Assembly: GCA_030526995.1 (NCBI GenBank)
Contig: JAUNBP010000001.1
Location: 28,963 to 92,962, forward strand
DNA: 64,000 nucleotides
Origin: Clostridia bacterium
GTDB lineage: Bacteria > Bacillota > Clostridia > Christensenellales > CAG-138
Direction of reading: 5' to 3'
Each line of letters starts with the position of its first letter. Positions within the stretch are counted from its first letter, which is position 1. Below the pieces are notes generated by a model, which had not been told where the DNA came from, searched no databases, and saw nothing but the letters and a program-made list of their open reading frames with translations. The translations under genes were made by a program, and so were the position numbers. Below are positions 28,503-40,400 of this stretch, in pieces.

Positions 28503-29474
28503 GTGCAATCAATGAGATACAAACATAAAAGATACGATGACGGGCCCACCTTCTTCGACTGGCTGCTTTTAATCCTTCTGTGGGGCGCAACGCTCTTTAT
28601 CATCGCAGTGATGGCAAGGGATATAATCTTGGCGCAGAGCTCTTTTGCAAGCACCGAGCAGAGCATAGAGCCAAGCGCATCCGAGCTTGAGCCCTCCCAA
28701 AGTCCAACGCCCTCGCCCACCTTAGAGCCGCTGACGGTTGCGCTTGATAGGAGGGAGGGGCCCTTGCTCGATTTACGGGGCGACAGTCCCAAGATACTGA
28801 TATACCACACGCACACGACGGAGGCGTACACTCAGACGGAGCAGTACACTTACGTTGAAGCCTCATCGTGGCGGACGCTCGATGAGAGCCGAAGCGTCGT
28901 AGCGGTGGGCGAGGCATTGAAGGAGGCGCTGGAGCAAACCTATGGCTTTAACGTGATTCACGACAGAACAAACCACGAGCCGCCGAGCCTCTCCACCTCC
29001 TACGAGCGTTCGCAGCTTACGATAGAGCAGTACCTAAAGCTCTACCCCTCGATAGTTTTGGTGATAGATTTACACCGTGACGCCTATACGGTTACCGATG
29101 AGCCCACAACCGACTATGCAACCGTCTATGACGATGAGACCGCAAGGATAATGTTCGTCGTGGGCAAGGGCACCAACTATGAGGACAAACCCGACTTCGA
29201 TACGAATTATGCGCTTGCAAAGAGCATAACCGACAGGCTTAACGAACTCAATCCAAGGCTGACAAGGGAGGTTAGGGTAAAGGACGGCAGGTACAATCAG
29301 CATCTCTGCCCTTACAGCCTCTTGGTTGAGGTGGGGCACAATGCCAATACCTTGGAGCAGGCCCTCGCCGTCGTGCCCTATTTAGCGGACGGAATAGCCC
29401 TCGCCTGCGCCGAATTGGAGGCGGAGGGGGAGAGGGGCAGCGAGGTTTTGAACTGCTTTGTGCCTATCGATTGA
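28503..29474 (+). CDS. spoIIP: stage II sporulation protein P
   Basis: ILIYHTHTTEAY, DLHRDA, YNQH, LVEVG. Confidence 0.93.
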   Translation: MQSMRYKHKRYDDGPTFFDWLLLILLWGATLFIIAVMARDIILAQSSFASTEQSIEPSASELEPSQSPTPSPTLEPLTVALDRREGPLLDLRGDSPKILIYHTHTTEAYTQTEQYTYVEASSWRTLDESRSVVAVGEALKEALEQTYGFNVIHDRTNHEPPSLSTSYERSQLTIEQYLKLYPSIVLVIDLHRDAYTVTDEPTTDYATVYDDETARIMFVVGKGTNYEDKPDFDTNYALAKSITDRLNELNPRLTREVRVKDGRYNQHLCPYSLLVEVGHNANTLEQALAVVPYLADGIALACAELEAEGERGSEVLNCFVPID

Positions 29475-29534
29475 CAAACGGGCGGGGTTTGAGTATAATT
29501 ATACTGTTGACATATAGGCATTTGAGGTGATGTT

Positions 29535-30545
29535 ATGGATAGAAAGCGCATTGCAATCGTAGGAAGCACCGGCATGGTCGGCAGAATGTTCCTAAAAGTT
29601 TTGGAGGAACGTTCGATCGATGCGGATTACACGCTGTTTTCTTCAAAGAAGAGCGCAGGCACGGTGATAGACTTTTTGGGTTGTAAACACGTTGTAAGGG
29701 AGCTTACAAAGGACAGCTTCAACGAGGACAAATACGATATCGCCCTGTTTTCGGCAGGCGGCGCAACCTCCTTGGAGTATGCCCCGATAGCCGCAAAGAG
29801 TGGAGCGATAGTGATAGACAATTCGAGCGCATGGCGCATGGACACAGAGGTGCCCTTGGTAGTTCCCGAGGTCAACCCCGATTCGATAGCCGACTGCCAT
29901 AAAAAGGGCATAATCGCCAACCCGAACTGCTCCACAATTCAGGCGGTTCTTCCGCTCAAGGCATTAAGTGATGCCATAGGGCTGAAGCGGGTCATATATT
30001 CCACCTATCAAGCCGTCTCGGGCGCAGGCTTGCAGGGCTATATGGACCTTAAAAACGGGCTTGAGGGCGAAAAACCCCAAAAGTTCCCGTATCCGATAGC
30101 GGGCAACTGCATCCCCCACATAGACGTCTTTTTGGAGAACGGCTATACAAGGGAGGAGCAGAAGATGGTGGATGAGACCCGAAAGATTCTAAACCTGCCC
30201 ACGCTGCCCGTGACTGCCACTGCGGTTCGGGTTCCCGTATATCACGGGCACAGCGAGAGCTTGAACATCGAGCTTAGCAGGGCATTTGAGATGAGCGAGG
30301 TTTTCGAGGCGCTTAAAAACATGGACGGAGTGAAGATAGTGGACGATCCGTCTAAAAACCTGTATCCCATGCCGATTACGGCGGAGGATACGGACTTGGT
30401 ATATGTCGGAAGAATCCGCCGCGATTTCTCGATAGAAAACGGGATAAACCTCTGGTGCGTCTCCGACAACATTAGAAAGGGCGCTGCTACCAATGCGGTA
30501 CAGATAGCCGAGCTTTTATTGAAAAAATGGGAGGAAGAAAGATGA
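29535..30545 (+). CDS. asd: aspartate-semialdehyde dehydrogenase
   Basis: IDNSSAWRM, IIANPNCSTIQ, DNIRKGAATN; TTGACA-N17-TATAAT promoter at 29471-29499. Confidence 0.97.
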   Translation: MDRKRIAIVGSTGMVGRMFLKVLEERSIDADYTLFSSKKSAGTVIDFLGCKHVVRELTKDSFNEDKYDIALFSAGGATSLEYAPIAAKSGAIVIDNSSAWRMDTEVPLVVPEVNPDSIADCHKKGIIANPNCSTIQAVLPLKALSDAIGLKRVIYSTYQAVSGAGLQGYMDLKNGLEGEKPQKFPYPIAGNCIPHIDVFLENGYTREEQKMVDETRKILNLPTLPVTATAVRVPVYHGHSESLNIELSRAFEMSEVFEALKNMDGVKIVDDPSKNLYPMPITAEDTDLVYVGRIRRDFSIENGINLWCVSDNIRKGAATNAVQIAELLLKKWEEER

Positions 30546-31417
30546 GTATATTCAAAGGAAGCGCAGTAGCTTTGGTAACCCCCTTTGCAAACGGAGCGAT
30601 AGATTACGTGGCGCTGACAAGGCTTATTGAGCTTCAGATAGTCAGCGGAACCGATGCGATAGTGGTCTGCGGCACGACGGGCGAGGCGTCAACGCTCAGC
30701 CACGATGAAAAGCTCGAGGTGATTCGTCACGTCGTCGAGCGGGTCGAGGGCAGGGTTCCCGTAATAGCAGGCTCGGGCGGCAACTGCACCGAGGCGGTGA
30801 TTGAGATGAGCAGGGGCGCCGAGGCGGTGGGCGTGGACGGACTTTTGATAGTCACCCCGTATTATAACAAGACCTCCCAAGACGGGCTTGTCGCGCATTA
30901 TCACGCCGTGGCGGAGCAGGTGCGCCTCCCGATAATCGTCTATAACGTACCCTCCCGCACGGGCGTGAATGTGCTGCCCGCCACGATGAAGAGGATTTTG
31001 GAGCATGAGAACATCTCCGGCATCAAGGAGGCGAGCGGGAACATCGAGCAGATAGTAAACCTTGCGGCTCTCTGTCCCGACTGTGACATCTATGCGGGCA
31101 ACGACGACCACGTCGTCCCCGTTTTGAGCGTCGGTGGCAAGGGCGTAATTTCAACGATAGCCAACATCGTCCCCGAGGCCATGCATAAGATGTGCAAATT
31201 CTTCTTTGCAGGCAAGATTGCCGAAGCGAGGGAATTGCAGTTTGAGATGCTCCCGCTTTGGAAGGCGGCGTTTTGCGATGTCAACCCGATACCGATAAAG
31301 ACGATGATGGGAATGCTGCACCTTTGCAATGCGGAGCTTAGGCTTCCGCTCGTTCCCCCCTCCAAGGAGAACGTGGAGTTTATGAAAAAGGTCCTCGGTG
31401 AATACGGCATGATGTGA
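30542..31417 (+). CDS. dapA: 4-hydroxy-tetrahydrodipicolinate synthase
   Basis: ALVTPF, GTTGE, YNVPSRTG, GIKEASG. Confidence 0.97.
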   Translation: MSIFKGSAVALVTPFANGAIDYVALTRLIELQIVSGTDAIVVCGTTGEASTLSHDEKLEVIRHVVERVEGRVPVIAGSGGNCTEAVIEMSRGAEAVGVDGLLIVTPYYNKTSQDGLVAHYHAVAEQVRLPIIVYNVPSRTGVNVLPATMKRILEHENISGIKEASGNIEQIVNLAALCPDCDIYAGNDDHVVPVLSVGGKGVISTIANIVPEAMHKMCKFFFAGKIAEARELQFEMLPLWKAAFCDVNPIPIKTMMGMLHLCNAELRLPLVPPSKENVEFMKKVLGEYGMM

Positions 31418-31427
31418 GGTAAGCACG

Positions 31428-32174
31428 ATGAAAGTTTTGATTAACGGAATATCGGGACAAATGGGGCAGGCTGTTCTTCGCCTGCCTCAAACCGATTTTG
31501 AGGTCGTAGGCGGCGTGGACGTTGTAGAATCCAAGTCCGCAGTTCCGACCTTTACAAGCGTCGAAGCCATCGATGTGGATTTCGACGTTGCAATCGACGT
31601 CTCCGTTGCCAAGGCAGCGCTGACCATGCTGGATTACTGCATAAAGCACGAAAAGCCCATAGTCATATGCACAACGGGCTTCGATGAGGACGGGCTTGCC
31701 CGCATTCAAAGGGCGGCGGAAACGATACCGATATTCCGCTCGAGCAATATGTCGTTAGGCGTCAACCTCCAAGCGGCGATTTGCAGGACGATAGCCGAGT
31801 TTTTGGGAGGCAGTGCGGATATAGAGATTGTGGAAAAGCATCACAATAAAAAGGCCGACGCCCCGAGCGGCACCGCCCTTATGCTCTTTGAAAGCATAGA
31901 CGGGGCTATGGACTGCCCGCATGAAAAGAAGTTCGGAAGAGGGCCCAAAGACGGCAGAAGGCAGAAAAACGAGATAGGATTGCACTCGGTTCGGGGAGGC
32001 ACCGTAGTAGGGGAGCATGAGGTAATGTTTCTAATGGATGATGAGGCTATAACCGTAACGCATCAGGCGTTTTCGCGTCGGGTGTTTGCGATAGGCGCAG
32101 TGCGAGCAGCGGCCTTTTTAACGGAGCAGGCTGCGGGGCTGTATTCGATGGACGATCTTATAGGACGGAGATAG
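31428..32174 (+). CDS. dapB: 4-hydroxy-tetrahydrodipicolinate reductase
   Basis: CTTGF, NMSLG, EKHHNKKADAPSGTA. Confidence 0.97.
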   Translation: MKVLINGISGQMGQAVLRLPQTDFEVVGGVDVVESKSAVPTFTSVEAIDVDFDVAIDVSVAKAALTMLDYCIKHEKPIVICTTGFDEDGLARIQRAAETIPIFRSSNMSLGVNLQAAICRTIAEFLGGSADIEIVEKHHNKKADAPSGTALMLFESIDGAMDCPHEKKFGRGPKDGRRQKNEIGLHSVRGGTVVGEHEVMFLMDDEAITVTHQAFSRRVFAIGAVRAAAFLTEQAAGLYSMDDLIGRR

Positions 32175-32187
32175 AGCGGGGCAAACG

Positions 32188-35100
32188 ATGCAAAAACCCT
32201 TTGTACACCTTCATGTACACACGCAGTACAGCCTTTTGGACGGGGCTGCAAGAATCGACGAGCTGGTAAACAGGGCCAAGGAGCTCGGGCAGACGGCGCT
32301 TGCAATAACCGACCATGGGGTCATGTACGGCGTCATAGACTTTTTCAGAGCCTGCAAAAATGCGGGCATAAAGCCGATTATCGGCATGGAGGCGTACGTT
32401 GCGCCGAGGGCTTATAATATCAAGGAGGGCAAGGCGGACAGGGAGTATGCCCACTTAATCCTGCTTGCCAAGAACGATATAGGCTATCGCAACCTTATAT
32501 ACCTCTCCTCCGAGGCGTTCATCCACGGATTTTACTACAAGCCCCGAATCGACTACGACCTTTTAAGACAGCACAGCGATGGACTTGTCTGTACCTCGGC
32601 GTGCCTTGCGGGCGACATCCCGCAAAACTTCCTCTTGGGCAGGGACGAAAAGGCATATGAATATGCGAAGCTATTAAAGGACATATTCGGGGACGATTTT
32701 TATATTGAGCTGCAAAACCACGGGTTAAGGGAGCAGGCGGACGTTTTGCCAAAGCTTAGAAAGCTCGCAAGGGAACTTGGCATAAAGACCGTAGCCACAA
32801 ACGATATCCACTATGTTAATCGGGAGGACGCCGAGGCGCAGGACGTGCTTTTGTGCATCCAAACCCAGCGCTTTGTCGATGAGCAAAACCGCATGAGGAT
32901 GGAGACCGATCAGTTCTATCTAAAGAGCTACGACGAGATGGCAGCAGCCCTCCCCAACGACTTGGACGCCTTGGACAACACCAATGAGGTTGCAAAAAAG
33001 TGCAATCTGGAGATAGAGTTCGGAGTAAGAAGGCTGCCCGAATTTACCGCCCCCGAGGGCAAGGACAACGCAGCCTACCTTAGAGAGCTTTGCGAGCAGG
33101 GCATGAAACTCAAGATGCCCGAGGCGGGGCAGGAGGCGCAAAAGCGGCTCGATTACGAGCTGAACGTTATAGAGAGCATGGGCTTTGTGGACTATTATCT
33201 GATAGTCTGGGACTTCATTCGCTTTGCCAAGTCCCAAGATATCATGGTAGGCCCCGGCAGGGGCAGCGGCGCAGGCTCGCTTGCGGCTTATTGCTTGGAC
33301 ATAACCGACGTCGATCCTATAAAGTACAACCTCCTGTTCGAGAGGTTTCTAAATCCCGAGCGGGTGTCCATGCCCGACTTCGACGTCGATTTTTGCTACG
33401 AGCGAAGGCAGGAGGTAATAGACTATGTGGGCAGAAAGTACGGCGAGGGGCACGTATCTCAGATAATCACGTTCGGAACCATGGCTGCACGAGGGGTCAT
33501 ACGGGACGTGGGCAGGGTGCTGCGGCTGCCCTACGTCGAGGCGGACAGGCTCTCCAAGCTGGTTCCAAATGAGCTAAAGATGACCCTAAAACATGCGCTC
33601 GAGCTCTCAAGCGAGCTTCGGGGGCTGTACGAGACCGATGAAAAGGTGAGAAAGGTCATCGACCTTTCTATGAAGATAGAGGGCTTGCCGAGGCATAGCT
33701 CAACCCATGCGGCGGGCGTTGTGGTTTCGGGGGTTCCTTTGAATACCGTGGTTCCGCTGCAATGCAACGACGACCTTTTGACCACCCAGTTTCCGATGAC
33801 GACGATAGAGGAATTGGGGCTTTTGAAGATAGACTTTTTGGGGCTTAGGACGCTCACGATAATTCGAGACACCCTCGATTTTATCCGTCAGCAGGGCAAG
33901 GAAGTGCCCGATTTTTCCAAGAATGATTTTTCCGACCCCGAGGTCTACAAGATGATAGCCGAGGGCAAGACCGACGGGGTTTTCCAGTTGGAATCTGCGG
34001 GGATGCGCCAGTTCCTGCTGCAGCTTCAGCCCGACTGCTTTGAAGATTTGATAGCGGGAATATCGCTCTACCGCCCCGGGCCCATGGAGTCGATTCCAAA
34101 GTACGTGCGGGGCAAGCATGAGCCAAGCTCGGTAGCCTATGCCGACGAAAAGCTAAAGCCCATACTTGCCACTACCTACGGCTGCATGGTCTACCAAGAG
34201 CAGGTAATGGAGATAGTGCGCTCGCTTGCGGGCTATTCGTACGGCAGGAGCGACATAGTAAGACGCGCCATGAGCAAGAAGAAGCATGACGTAATGGCAA
34301 GGGAGCGCAAGTATTTTGTGTACGGCACCGAGGGCGTGGAGGGTGCTGTAAAGCGGGGCGTAAAGCCTGCGGTTGCAAACAGGATATTCGACGAGATGAT
34401 GGACTTTGCCTCCTATGCCTTCAACAAATCCCATGCGGCAGGCTATGCGGTACTGTCCTATCGAACCGCCTACCTTGCAAAGTATTATCCCGTGGAGTTT
34501 TTGACTTCTACGATAAACGGCTATATGACCAACTCCGACACCGTGGCGCAATACGTGTATGCGGCGAGGCGGCAGGGGATAGCGGTACTGCCCCCCGATG
34601 TAAATAACAGCGGCGCAAAGTTCACGGTGGAAAACGGGGCTATACGCTTCGGGCTCGGAGCGGTCAAAAACGTCAGTCCCAACGTCATGGATGCGATGGT
34701 AAGGGAGCGTGAGCTTGGCGGAAAGTTCAAGAACTTTTTTGACTTTGTGGAGCGTGCCGACGGCTTGAACAAGCGTATGCTCGAAAGCCTGATTAACGCC
34801 GGCTGCTTCGACGGCATGGGCGTATTCCGCTCTCAGCTGCTAATGGCCTACGACAGGGCGTTGGAAGGAGCCGCCAAGAACCGCAAGACGAAGGAGAGCG
34901 GGCAGCTGTCGCTGTTCGACGTCGATGGTGGGGAGGCGGTCAAGAGCGACTTTGAGTTAAAGCTCCCCAAGCTCCCCGAACTCAGTGCCCAGATCAAGCT
35001 CCAAAGGGAGCGTGAGGCTACGGGCCTGTATCTGAGCGGGCACCCGCTCGACGATTATGCGGACATCCTTAGCAAGCACAAGTATTCGGTTACGGACCTC

Positions 35101-35616
35101 ATGGAAGCAGACGGCATCAATGGTGAGCTGCGAGACAATGCCGTGGTGGAGATTGGAGGCATGCTCAACCAATGCAAGCAGAGACCAACAAAATCGGGCA
35201 ACGGCATGATAGGCTACGGCGTGTTGGAAGGCGTCACGGGCAGCATAGAGGCGATCGTCTTTCCCAAGCATTTGCTGGAGTGCTCAAGGTATTTCCACGA
35301 CGAATGCGCCGTCTTGGTTCGAGGGAGGTTCAGCATTCGGGAGGACAGGGCAAATTCGATACTGATAGAATCGCTCCTACCCTTGGACGCAGGACTGAAA
35401 AAGCTGTACATTCGGGTGCCTTCGCTGAACGAGGAGCAGTGCAACCGAGTAAGGAGCTTAACCAAGAATTATTCGGGGACGACGCCCATCATCCTCGTGG
35501 ACGCAGAAAAGCGGATAGCCAAGAATGCCCCGTCGAGCTGGGATGTGGAGATGAACGACCCGATGATGATAGTTTTATACAATGAATTTGGCGAAGGGAA
35601 TATAATTTTCAAATGA
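32188..35616 (+). CDS. dnaE: DNA polymerase III alpha subunit
   Basis: PHP domain FVHLHVHTQYS, GRGSGAGS, PDFDVDF, YAFNKSH. Confidence 0.98.
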   Translation: MQKPFVHLHVHTQYSLLDGAARIDELVNRAKELGQTALAITDHGVMYGVIDFFRACKNAGIKPIIGMEAYVAPRAYNIKEGKADREYAHLILLAKNDIGYRNLIYLSSEAFIHGFYYKPRIDYDLLRQHSDGLVCTSACLAGDIPQNFLLGRDEKAYEYAKLLKDIFGDDFYIELQNHGLREQADVLPKLRKLARELGIKTVATNDIHYVNREDAEAQDVLLCIQTQRFVDEQNRMRMETDQFYLKSYDEMAAALPNDLDALDNTNEVAKKCNLEIEFGVRRLPEFTAPEGKDNAAYLRELCEQGMKLKMPEAGQEAQKRLDYELNVIESMGFVDYYLIVWDFIRFAKSQDIMVGPGRGSGAGSLAAYCLDITDVDPIKYNLLFERFLNPERVSMPDFDVDFCYERRQEVIDYVGRKYGEGHVSQIITFGTMAARGVIRDVGRVLRLPYVEADRLSKLVPNELKMTLKHALELSSELRGLYETDEKVRKVIDLSMKIEGLPRHSSTHAAGVVVSGVPLNTVVPLQCNDDLLTTQFPMTTIEELGLLKIDFLGLRTLTIIRDTLDFIRQQGKEVPDFSKNDFSDPEVYKMIAEGKTDGVFQLESAGMRQFLLQLQPDCFEDLIAGISLYRPGPMESIPKYVRGKHEPSSVAYADEKLKPILATTYGCMVYQEQVMEIVRSLAGYSYGRSDIVRRAMSKKKHDVMARERKYFVYGTEGVEGAVKRGVKPAVANRIFDEMMDFASYAFNKSHAAGYAVLSYRTAYLAKYYPVEFLTSTINGYMTNSDTVAQYVYAARRQGIAVLPPDVNNSGAKFTVENGAIRFGLGAVKNVSPNVMDAMVRERELGGKFKNFFDFVERADGLNKRMLESLINAGCFDGMGVFRSQLLMAYDRALEGAAKNRKTKESGQLSLFDVDGGEAVKSDFELKLPKLPELSAQIKLQREREATGLYLSGHPLDDYADILSKHKYSVTDLMEADGINGELRDNAVVEIGGMLNQCKQRPTKSGNGMIGYGVLEGVTGSIEAIVFPKHLLECSRYFHDECAVLVRGRFSIREDRANSILIESLLPLDAGLKKLYIRVPSLNEEQCNRVRSLTKNYSGTTPIILVDAEKRIAKNAPSSWDVEMNDPMMIVLYNEFGEGNIIFK

Positions 35617-37262
35617 GGAACACCGCACCGGTACACAAGAATCAGGACTTGATTCTGCATATAGACGCACTTACAAGCGAGGGACAGGGAGTAGGCAGGG
35701 TGGAGGGCTTTGCGGTGTTCGTTCCGTTTGCGCTGGCGGGCGAAACCGTGTCTGCGCACGTTATCAAGGTTACGAGCAGCTATGCCGTAGCCAAGCTCAT
35801 CGAGGTGATGGAGCCGAGCCCCGAAAGGGTAGAGCCGCTCTGTCCCGTGTTTTATGCCTGCGGCGGCTGCACCGTGCAGCACCTCAATTATCGTTCGCAG
35901 CTCGAGTATAAGAGGCAGGCGGTGGCGGATGCGCTTGAACGCATAGGCGGGTTTAAGGGCATAGAGGTTCTGCCCGCGATAGGCATGGACGAGCCGTGGC
36001 AGTACAGAAACAAGGGCAGCTTCCCCATAGGCAACGTCGGCGGGGAGATATCGATAGGCTTCTTCTCCCCGAGGAGCCACAGGCTCGTGCCGACCTATAC
36101 CTGCCCGATATCCGACCGTCGGGTCATAGATACAGCAAACAAGGTGGCGGAGTGGGCAAACGAGAACCGCATCTCGGCTTACGACGAGCAGACCAAGCGG
36201 GGCGTCTTGCGTCACGTAGTCGTTCGTGCCACGCAGGCGGGCGGGATAATGGCGGTTGTGGTCACCACGACCTCCAAGCTGCCGCACTCGGAGCAGTTAA
36301 AGGAAAAGTTGGATGCGGTTGACAGCTTGTATCACAACGTCAACCCCAACGATACAAACGTGATATTCGGAGCCGAGTTCAAGCTGATATTCGGCGCAAG
36401 CGTGCTGACCGAAACGGTGTGCGGGAACAAGATTATCGTAAGCCCCCGCTCGTTTTTGCAGGTAAACCCGCTTCAATGCGAAAAGCTCTATGAAAAGGCG
36501 ATAGAGTACCTAAACCCGCAGCCCCACGAGACAATTGCCGACCTCTACTGTGGCGTGGGCACAATTTCGCTGCTCTTGGCAAGAAGGGCAAAGAGGGTCA
36601 TAGGCATAGAGAGCGTCCCCGATGCGATAGCCGACGCCCGCCGCAACGCCGAACTCAACGGGCTTGCAAATGTGGACTTCATCTGCGGCGAGGCGGAAAA
36701 GGTGCTGCCCAAGCGCATCGCAGACGGGCTGAGACCCAACGCCATAATCTTAGACCCGCCCCGCAAAGGCTGCGAGGAGCAGGTGCTAAAGGCAATAGCC
36801 GACAGCAAAGCCGACCGCATCGTGTACATCTCCTGCAACCCCGCCACCCTCGCCCGCGACCTAAAACTCCTAAAAACCCACAACCTAACCCCCCACCTAA
36901 CCCACCCCCTCGACATGTTCCCCCACACCTCCCACGTCGAGACGATAGTTCTGTTGTCCAAACTCAATGCAAAACAGCACATCGCGGTCGATATCAACAT
37001 GGACGAGCTCGACCTGACAGCCCCCGAGAAAAAGGCTACCTATGAGCAAATCAAGGCATATGTGCAGGAACACTCAGGCCTGAAAGTCAGCAACCTAAAC
37101 ATCGCCCAAGTCAAGCAAAAATGCGGCATCACGGAACGAAAGAATTACAACACCCCAAAATCCCCCACCGCCAAACAACCCCACTGCCCACCGGAAAAAG
37201 AATCAGCGATCATGGCAGCACTGAAACACTTCGGGATGATAAAATCATTGAGGCGTGATTAA
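35613..37262 (+). CDS. rlmD: 23S rRNA (uracil-5)-methyltransferase RlmD with island-derived C-terminal extension
   Basis: TRAM domain, CGGC, DLYCGVG, DPPRKG, SCNPATLARD, DMFPHTSHVET, then an ATYEQIK...LKHFGMI tail. Confidence 0.93.
   Translation: MRNTAPVHKNQDLILHIDALTSEGQGVGRVEGFAVFVPFALAGETVSAHVIKVTSSYAVAKLIEVMEPSPERVEPLCPVFYACGGCTVQHLNYRSQLEYKRQAVADALERIGGFKGIEVLPAIGMDEPWQYRNKGSFPIGNVGGEISIGFFSPRSHRLVPTYTCPISDRRVIDTANKVAEWANENRISAYDEQTKRGVLRHVVVRATQAGGIMAVVVTTTSKLPHSEQLKEKLDAVDSLYHNVNPNDTNVIFGAEFKLIFGASVLTETVCGNKIIVSPRSFLQVNPLQCEKLYEKAIEYLNPQPHETIADLYCGVGTISLLLARRAKRVIGIESVPDAIADARRNAELNGLANVDFICGEAEKVLPKRIADGLRPNAIILDPPRKGCEEQVLKAIADSKADRIVYISCNPATLARDLKLLKTHNLTPHLTHPLDMFPHTSHVETIVLLSKLNAKQHIAVDINMDELDLTAPEKKATYEQIKAYVQEHSGLKVSNLNIAQVKQKCGITERKNYNTPKSPTAKQPHCPPEKESAIMAALKHFGMIKSLRRD
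36933..36943 (+). other. probable island attachment site in the rlmD 3' end
   Basis: CACGTCGAGAC (HVET codons); rlmD/rumA 3' ends are known Firmicutes ICE/IME targets; accessory DNA follows. Confidence 0.55.
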
Positions 37263-37416
37263 TAGCCACATCCAACGACAGCACGAAGTTGAAATGTTCA
37301 TCCGTTGGCATTTGTGCTATCGACTGCATCGCTAAAAAAGTGTCTTACGACAATAGGTATCAGCGGTCGAAATTGGATTGAATCATCTACAATAAATCAT
37401 TGGAGCGTGCTCAGTT

Positions 37417-40400
37417 TCAAACGGTATCAAGAATCTTTTGAACAGCATATGGCTTAGCATACTTGAGATAAGCATCACTTACAAAAATGGTGTTAGCAGC
37501 ATGTGGTTCAACCCACATTGCGGGGTAGATAACAACCTTCTTTGTGCCTCTTCTCCCAGTTACGCTGATTTCATCATCAGCAGTTACTTCACAACCGGAT
37601 TGTCCAAGAATATTTGCCAAAGGCATGATCATGTTAATTTGTTCTTCTGTTCTGATTGGGGGAGTTTTTTGTCCATCAAGACCCCATTCAAGTAGCTGCA
37701 ACGCTGCGAAGCGGTCAAGCCTGCCATGCACATACTGGTTCCTATAATGCTTCAGACATTTAGAACACGCAGATCCACAATCACAGGAACTCAGTAGCTT
37801 CCTCATATCGGTTAGAAGTTCAACAATTGCATCGGCTACGCTGACAGCATAACCAGCTCCGCTCGATAGGCTATCGTAAAGATATATATCGACGTAAGAG
37901 GCATCGACACCGGTTCTGAGACGATAACCGGTTACAAGTTCGGTAAATTCAACATCGAGCTTTTTGCTTGCTACCAGTCGCAATGCCTCAGCTAAAGATT
38001 GAGCTGCACGGTCAAGCCATGGATTATTGTTTCGGTTGGCATCAATAATCTTGCTGTCAATTGTGAATTCAAGAACTATCATATCAGTTATGAAATCATA
38101 GCCAAGATTCACATTAAAGGAATTGCTGTGACGGCACTTGCCTCGAGCATATTTTGATTTATAGGGTCTATTAATGTCGTTCAGGACCGAAATATCATTG
38201 CCCGGCATGGCAGCACCACAGTCTTTGCAGACCATGAAGCCTTTGTCGTTTGAACCTTTGTTCAGCATAATAATTCGCTGGTTTGTTCGTGAAGCAAGTC
38301 GTATGTTCCTACAACCTGGGATAAGTTTCATTTCTCTTGCATCTGGTAGAGTCGAATACAGGGGCTGCTGTACAGCAGTGTATTCTTCTGATAGCTGAAC
38401 ATCCGGTATTGATTCAGCATTCCTTGGTGCAAAGCCCCAAGGTCGCATCATTTCACGGGTGATTTCCAGATTACTGTTTCCACAAAACGGGCAGTATTTT
38501 GTGTTCTCTTCCATCAGGTCGAACCAGCCACATTCAGCACACGTAACAACCTGCTTTACGTAATTTGGATCTTCAGTGTAGGCACGTGCCGGGGTTAGCG
38601 ATTGACCATAGCGATACTCACTTCCGGGATAGTGGAATCCACCAATCTGATAGGTTTGCTTATCAACGACAATTGCTCTGCCAGGAGCATATTCGCCAAT
38701 GGCGACATCAAGCCCACGATCAACTTTGTAAAGGATTTTTCCATTCATATCCGGTATATAGATACTTACTACATTTTTTGGAAAAGAGTATGTTGGAATA
38801 ATACCTTCTTCATACAGAGCATCCAGGAGAACCTTTGCGTTGCCTCCGATGGACAGTTCGTCTGCACCAAAAAGCTCAGGGTGGTCTTGAAATTTTTCCT
38901 TGAGTGCATCAAAAGATTCTCTGAGGTCACTCTCAAACGCTGAATAATGAAATACTGCTTCGATAGGCAAAAGGAGATGGTCTTTTTCGACGATGTAGGA
39001 AGCAATATATTTTTTGAAGTCGTCAAGGAAGTACTTGAGAAAATCAGCGGCGGAAATTGTATCAAGACTCATGTGCTTTTCTGAGAGGAACTCTTGCAAG
39101 ATAACCATAGCCAGATGGCGCTGAAGGAGCTTCTCGCTTCGCACATCAATCCAAGGTTTGCGAGGATCGCCTCGAAACATGGGAATAGGATCATTGAAGT
39201 ATAATGCATCATGAGGACCGTCTTCACAAAAGGTAATGATAGTAGACAAACTTGAACCGCGTCGACCTGCACGACCTGCACGTTGCTGATAGTTTTCGCG
39301 CATTGGAGGAATGTTTCGCATACCAACGGCAACTAAGGAACCGATGTCAATGCCAACCTCCATGGTGGTCGTGCTACTGAGGATATCGACAGGAGTTTCA
39401 CCGTCTTGAACCAGATCTTGGAAGCGCAACTCATATTGTTCGGTCTTGCTCCAAAGATCATCGCGCTGATCTTTGTGCGAGAGCTGTGCAGTATGCTCCT
39501 CTGTATCAATCACATGGATCGGCTCCCCTCGGAGCGCATCAGAAACAGGGTTTCTCCAGAAGCTAAGTGCTTCATAATCGTCAGAGTTCATTTCGTGGAT
39601 GCGGTTGGACCCACAACTGGGACAGTTTCCTTTTAAGAGAAAGGGGGTAAGCTCAGAGCACTTCTCGCACTTGTACCATATATGTGAAGCATCAAAACGT
39701 GCTTTGACTCTGGAAAGGTCAACATACAACCTACCATTATCAGGTTGGGCTAAGTCAAGAAACGCTTCCTTCAACACACGTTTCCATGCCATTTCAGTTT
39801 CACTTTCATTGTCCCATCCCATGATTTTCCGAATGACTTTTGAAAACCTCCAATTATTATCAAGTCCGTAACCGCCATAACTTGGGCGAACTTTCAATCG
39901 AACTGTATCACTGATGGTATGACCAATGGCTGTAGATGTATCGCAGATTGAAAGCATCCAAGCATTGAAGAAATTAACAAACTCTTCATTGGTGACAGTT
40001 ACATTGTTTTCGTTAAGAGCATCGATAGCATCAAAAAGTGCCTGATCAGTAGGTTCAATCCAACTTGTAGCCGAGTCGTACAAGGTGTTATAACCACCGG
40101 AATACAATCGAAGGAGGTATTCTTGCATTTGCACAGGCGCATTTGCAATAGTAAACCTTGGAGAATAGCTTCCACCTCGCCTTACGCATCGACTATAGTT
40201 TTTCAATGCGGAAGCACAGTCTTCAGCAAATTTTGTGCGTTCAGAAGAGTGAAACATCTGCACATGACGCTGACCGGCTGCAAGGCAGAAGTAGTCGTAC
40301 AGTGAATTCATGGAGTGTTCGACTGGCTGTTCTTCCATTGTTTTTAGCGCTATTGCGAACAACTGCCTTGCAACAGAAATGTCAGAAGCATCGGACATAT

